A stretch of 64,000 nt of DNA from NCBI RefSeq assembly GCF_006345805.1, contig NC_043005.1, positions 31,000,001 through 31,064,000 on the forward strand, given 5' to 3'. The stretch comes from Octopus sinensis (Eukaryota). The position numbers and the translations under genes were made by a program. Under the pieces are notes generated by a model. That model worked only from the letters and a program-made list of their open reading frames with translations. It was not told where the DNA came from and searched no databases. Position 1 is the stretch's first letter. Each line of letters starts with the position of its first letter. Shown one piece after another: positions 62,242-64,000 of this stretch.

Positions 62242-63700
62242 ATGTCGACATCAAAATGCACAAAAAACTTTTAGCAGACCGCTCTCAAGGAGCCCATGGC
62301 GGTAATGAGTGTCTCTTTATAATGAGTGACGTCAGAGTGGCTGAATGTAGAAGAATCTAGAAGTTTCTAAAGGTTCAAGAGTTCAAACGAAGTAGGAGGA
62401 GGGAGGCATAAGAATAGTAAGGTGAGAGAGTGCAGGTCAAAAGAATGGTGGGTTTAAATGATTTCTTTTGTGAATGAGTGCCTGTGTGTGTGACTATATA
62501 ACTGTCTTAATGTGTATATGTGTGTGTCTGAATGCGTGATTGTGTTTGTGGATGGGTAGATGTCAGAAAACTGACAGCTGTGAGGTGAAAGATCTGTGTC
62601 TGTGTGTTCGATTATGTTTACTGTATAGAAAGGAAAGTGGATAGCGAAAGGGAGAAAGAATCGGGCGAGGTGAGAGGCAACGCAAGAATGGATAGTAGTA
62701 GTTGGGAATATAAGAAAATCTTTATGACTATTGGGGTGAAATATAGGAAAAAATTTATTTTGGAAATCGAGGGGTTATCTATATTAGTCACTATTTATAT
62801 GAATGAAAGGTGTGTCTTTTCCAGTGTAAGCACCTGTAGGATCTTTCGACGATTGTGTTTATTAAAGGGCCTTTGGCGAACAAAATATGAAAAAGTTCGG
62901 AATTACAGATGCCACAAAATTTTCTGCCTTTATCAAACGGGAAGGACACCGACAAAATGGACCATTCGAGCTTGAACATAGTGTTATTGTTCTTCAGACG
63001 CCAGACTAATTTGCTTAGCCCCGTGCTGTGTTACTTTCTCTTATCTCTGAAAGTGGAATAATGGTTGGAGACCCTTTGGGCTAATTTAGAAGAGGTTGCA
63101 CCAATATAGAAGTAGACATCGGTTCCAGAAGAGATTTTGCATTGGTAAGTGGTGTTTCTAATTTTGGAATTTTTGGATAAGAACTTTAATCTGTTGGGGT
63201 TGGTTTCCGATACTAAGACAGAGTTTTTATTGTTGTGATAGGTGTACAAATTGTTGCTGGCTTTGGCCACGATACTATTCATCTTATTATCATTACTATT
63301 AGTTGTAATATCGTCGGCAAATTCCCTGGCTATAGGAATGCTGCGATTGTTATCATCAATAATGTAACTGTTATTAAGAATGCTGGTACTATTACGACTA
63401 ACACCACCACTGTTAATAATCTGGTTAATCTGCCTCCCTCCTCCTACTTCGTTTGAACTCTTGAACCTTTAGAAACTTCTAGATTCTTCTACATTCAGCC
63501 ACTCTGACGTCACTCATTATCGCCATGGGCTCCTTGAGAGCGGTCAGCTAAAAGTTTTTTGTGCATTTTGATGTCGACATAAGTTCCTTGATTTTCCTGA
63601 TGAGAAATCTGCATAATGTACTCCTTATTCCTTCGGAATTAGGAATATGCAGCCTTCGAAACATATGTCGAGAATAAAGGATATTTGTTAACTAGTCGTT
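62242..63700 (-). mobile_element. Truncated Penelope-like element with GIY-YIG remnant between inverted terminal repeats
   Basis: Arms 62242-62408 and 63431-63580 are reverse complements. ORF 63031-63282 contains YQCK...YFYIGATSSKLAQRVSNH. Confidence 0.72.
63591..63675 (+). ncRNA. Minimal type I hammerhead ribozyme (predicted cleavage after C63669)
   Basis: Stem I ATTTTC/GAGAAT; CTGATGA at 63597-63603; stem II closed by G63604-C63657 with CTGCATA/TATGCAG; GAAA at 63658-63661; stem III C-ATAT-G; GTC triplet. Confidence 0.82.
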
Positions 63701-64000
63701 CAACTCCATTCTTTCATATACTTATATATATATATGAGTGAAATATACACACACGTACATATGAGTGAAATTTTCACTCCCTTATGACAACCCATAGTTC
63801 TATCTCTAAGGAACTATTTTTGTAATATGCATGGTAAAATTTTGGAGGGAAAATTGCGGATTCAATTGTCTATATAGGTTTGGCCTATGCTTACTTTCTC
63901 CCACTATTCCGACGTTGCCTTCGCGGGAAGTAGAGGTACGTAGCATCTGAAAAATCTATTTAAATGGAGGGTCACGCTGATGAAAGACATGGAGTTTATA

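Noticed and set aside
62955-63005. Possible hammerhead on the minus strand after the GIY-YIG ORF (CTGAAGA...)
   Set aside because: GAAA and the cleavage triplet are not intact, so it is too degenerate to call.

Overview
Eukaryotic, AT-rich, repeat-dense animal DNA. The SINE-like repeats, (TA)n tracts and zinc-finger style resemble Octopus/cephalopod sequence; this is inference, not a database result. The first ~33.7 kb is a replication-dependent histone cluster made of two diverged tandem units. Each unit has a Tx1/L1-like LINE, an aberrant H3, a divergent H2A/H2B pair and a second H2A type. An intact H3 closes the array. No H4 or H1 was found. One unit carries a young Mag-like Gypsy element, the other a nested RTE, and each has its own foldback element. 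The Tx1-like element joins at its 3' end to about the H3 transcription start and at its 5' end to a second H3 promoter, suggesting either H3-promoter targeting or an H3-mRNA/LINE template-jump chimera. The rest of the window holds a 13-finger C2H2 gene and many decayed transposons: Penelope-like, RTE, Tc1, mariner with a nested piggyBac, and two Helitron remnants. One Helitron remnant shows both OTU and USP deubiquitinase motifs. A complete minimal type I hammerhead ribozyme lies at 63591-63675 next to a Penelope-like remnant, with a decayed one at 37663-37710.
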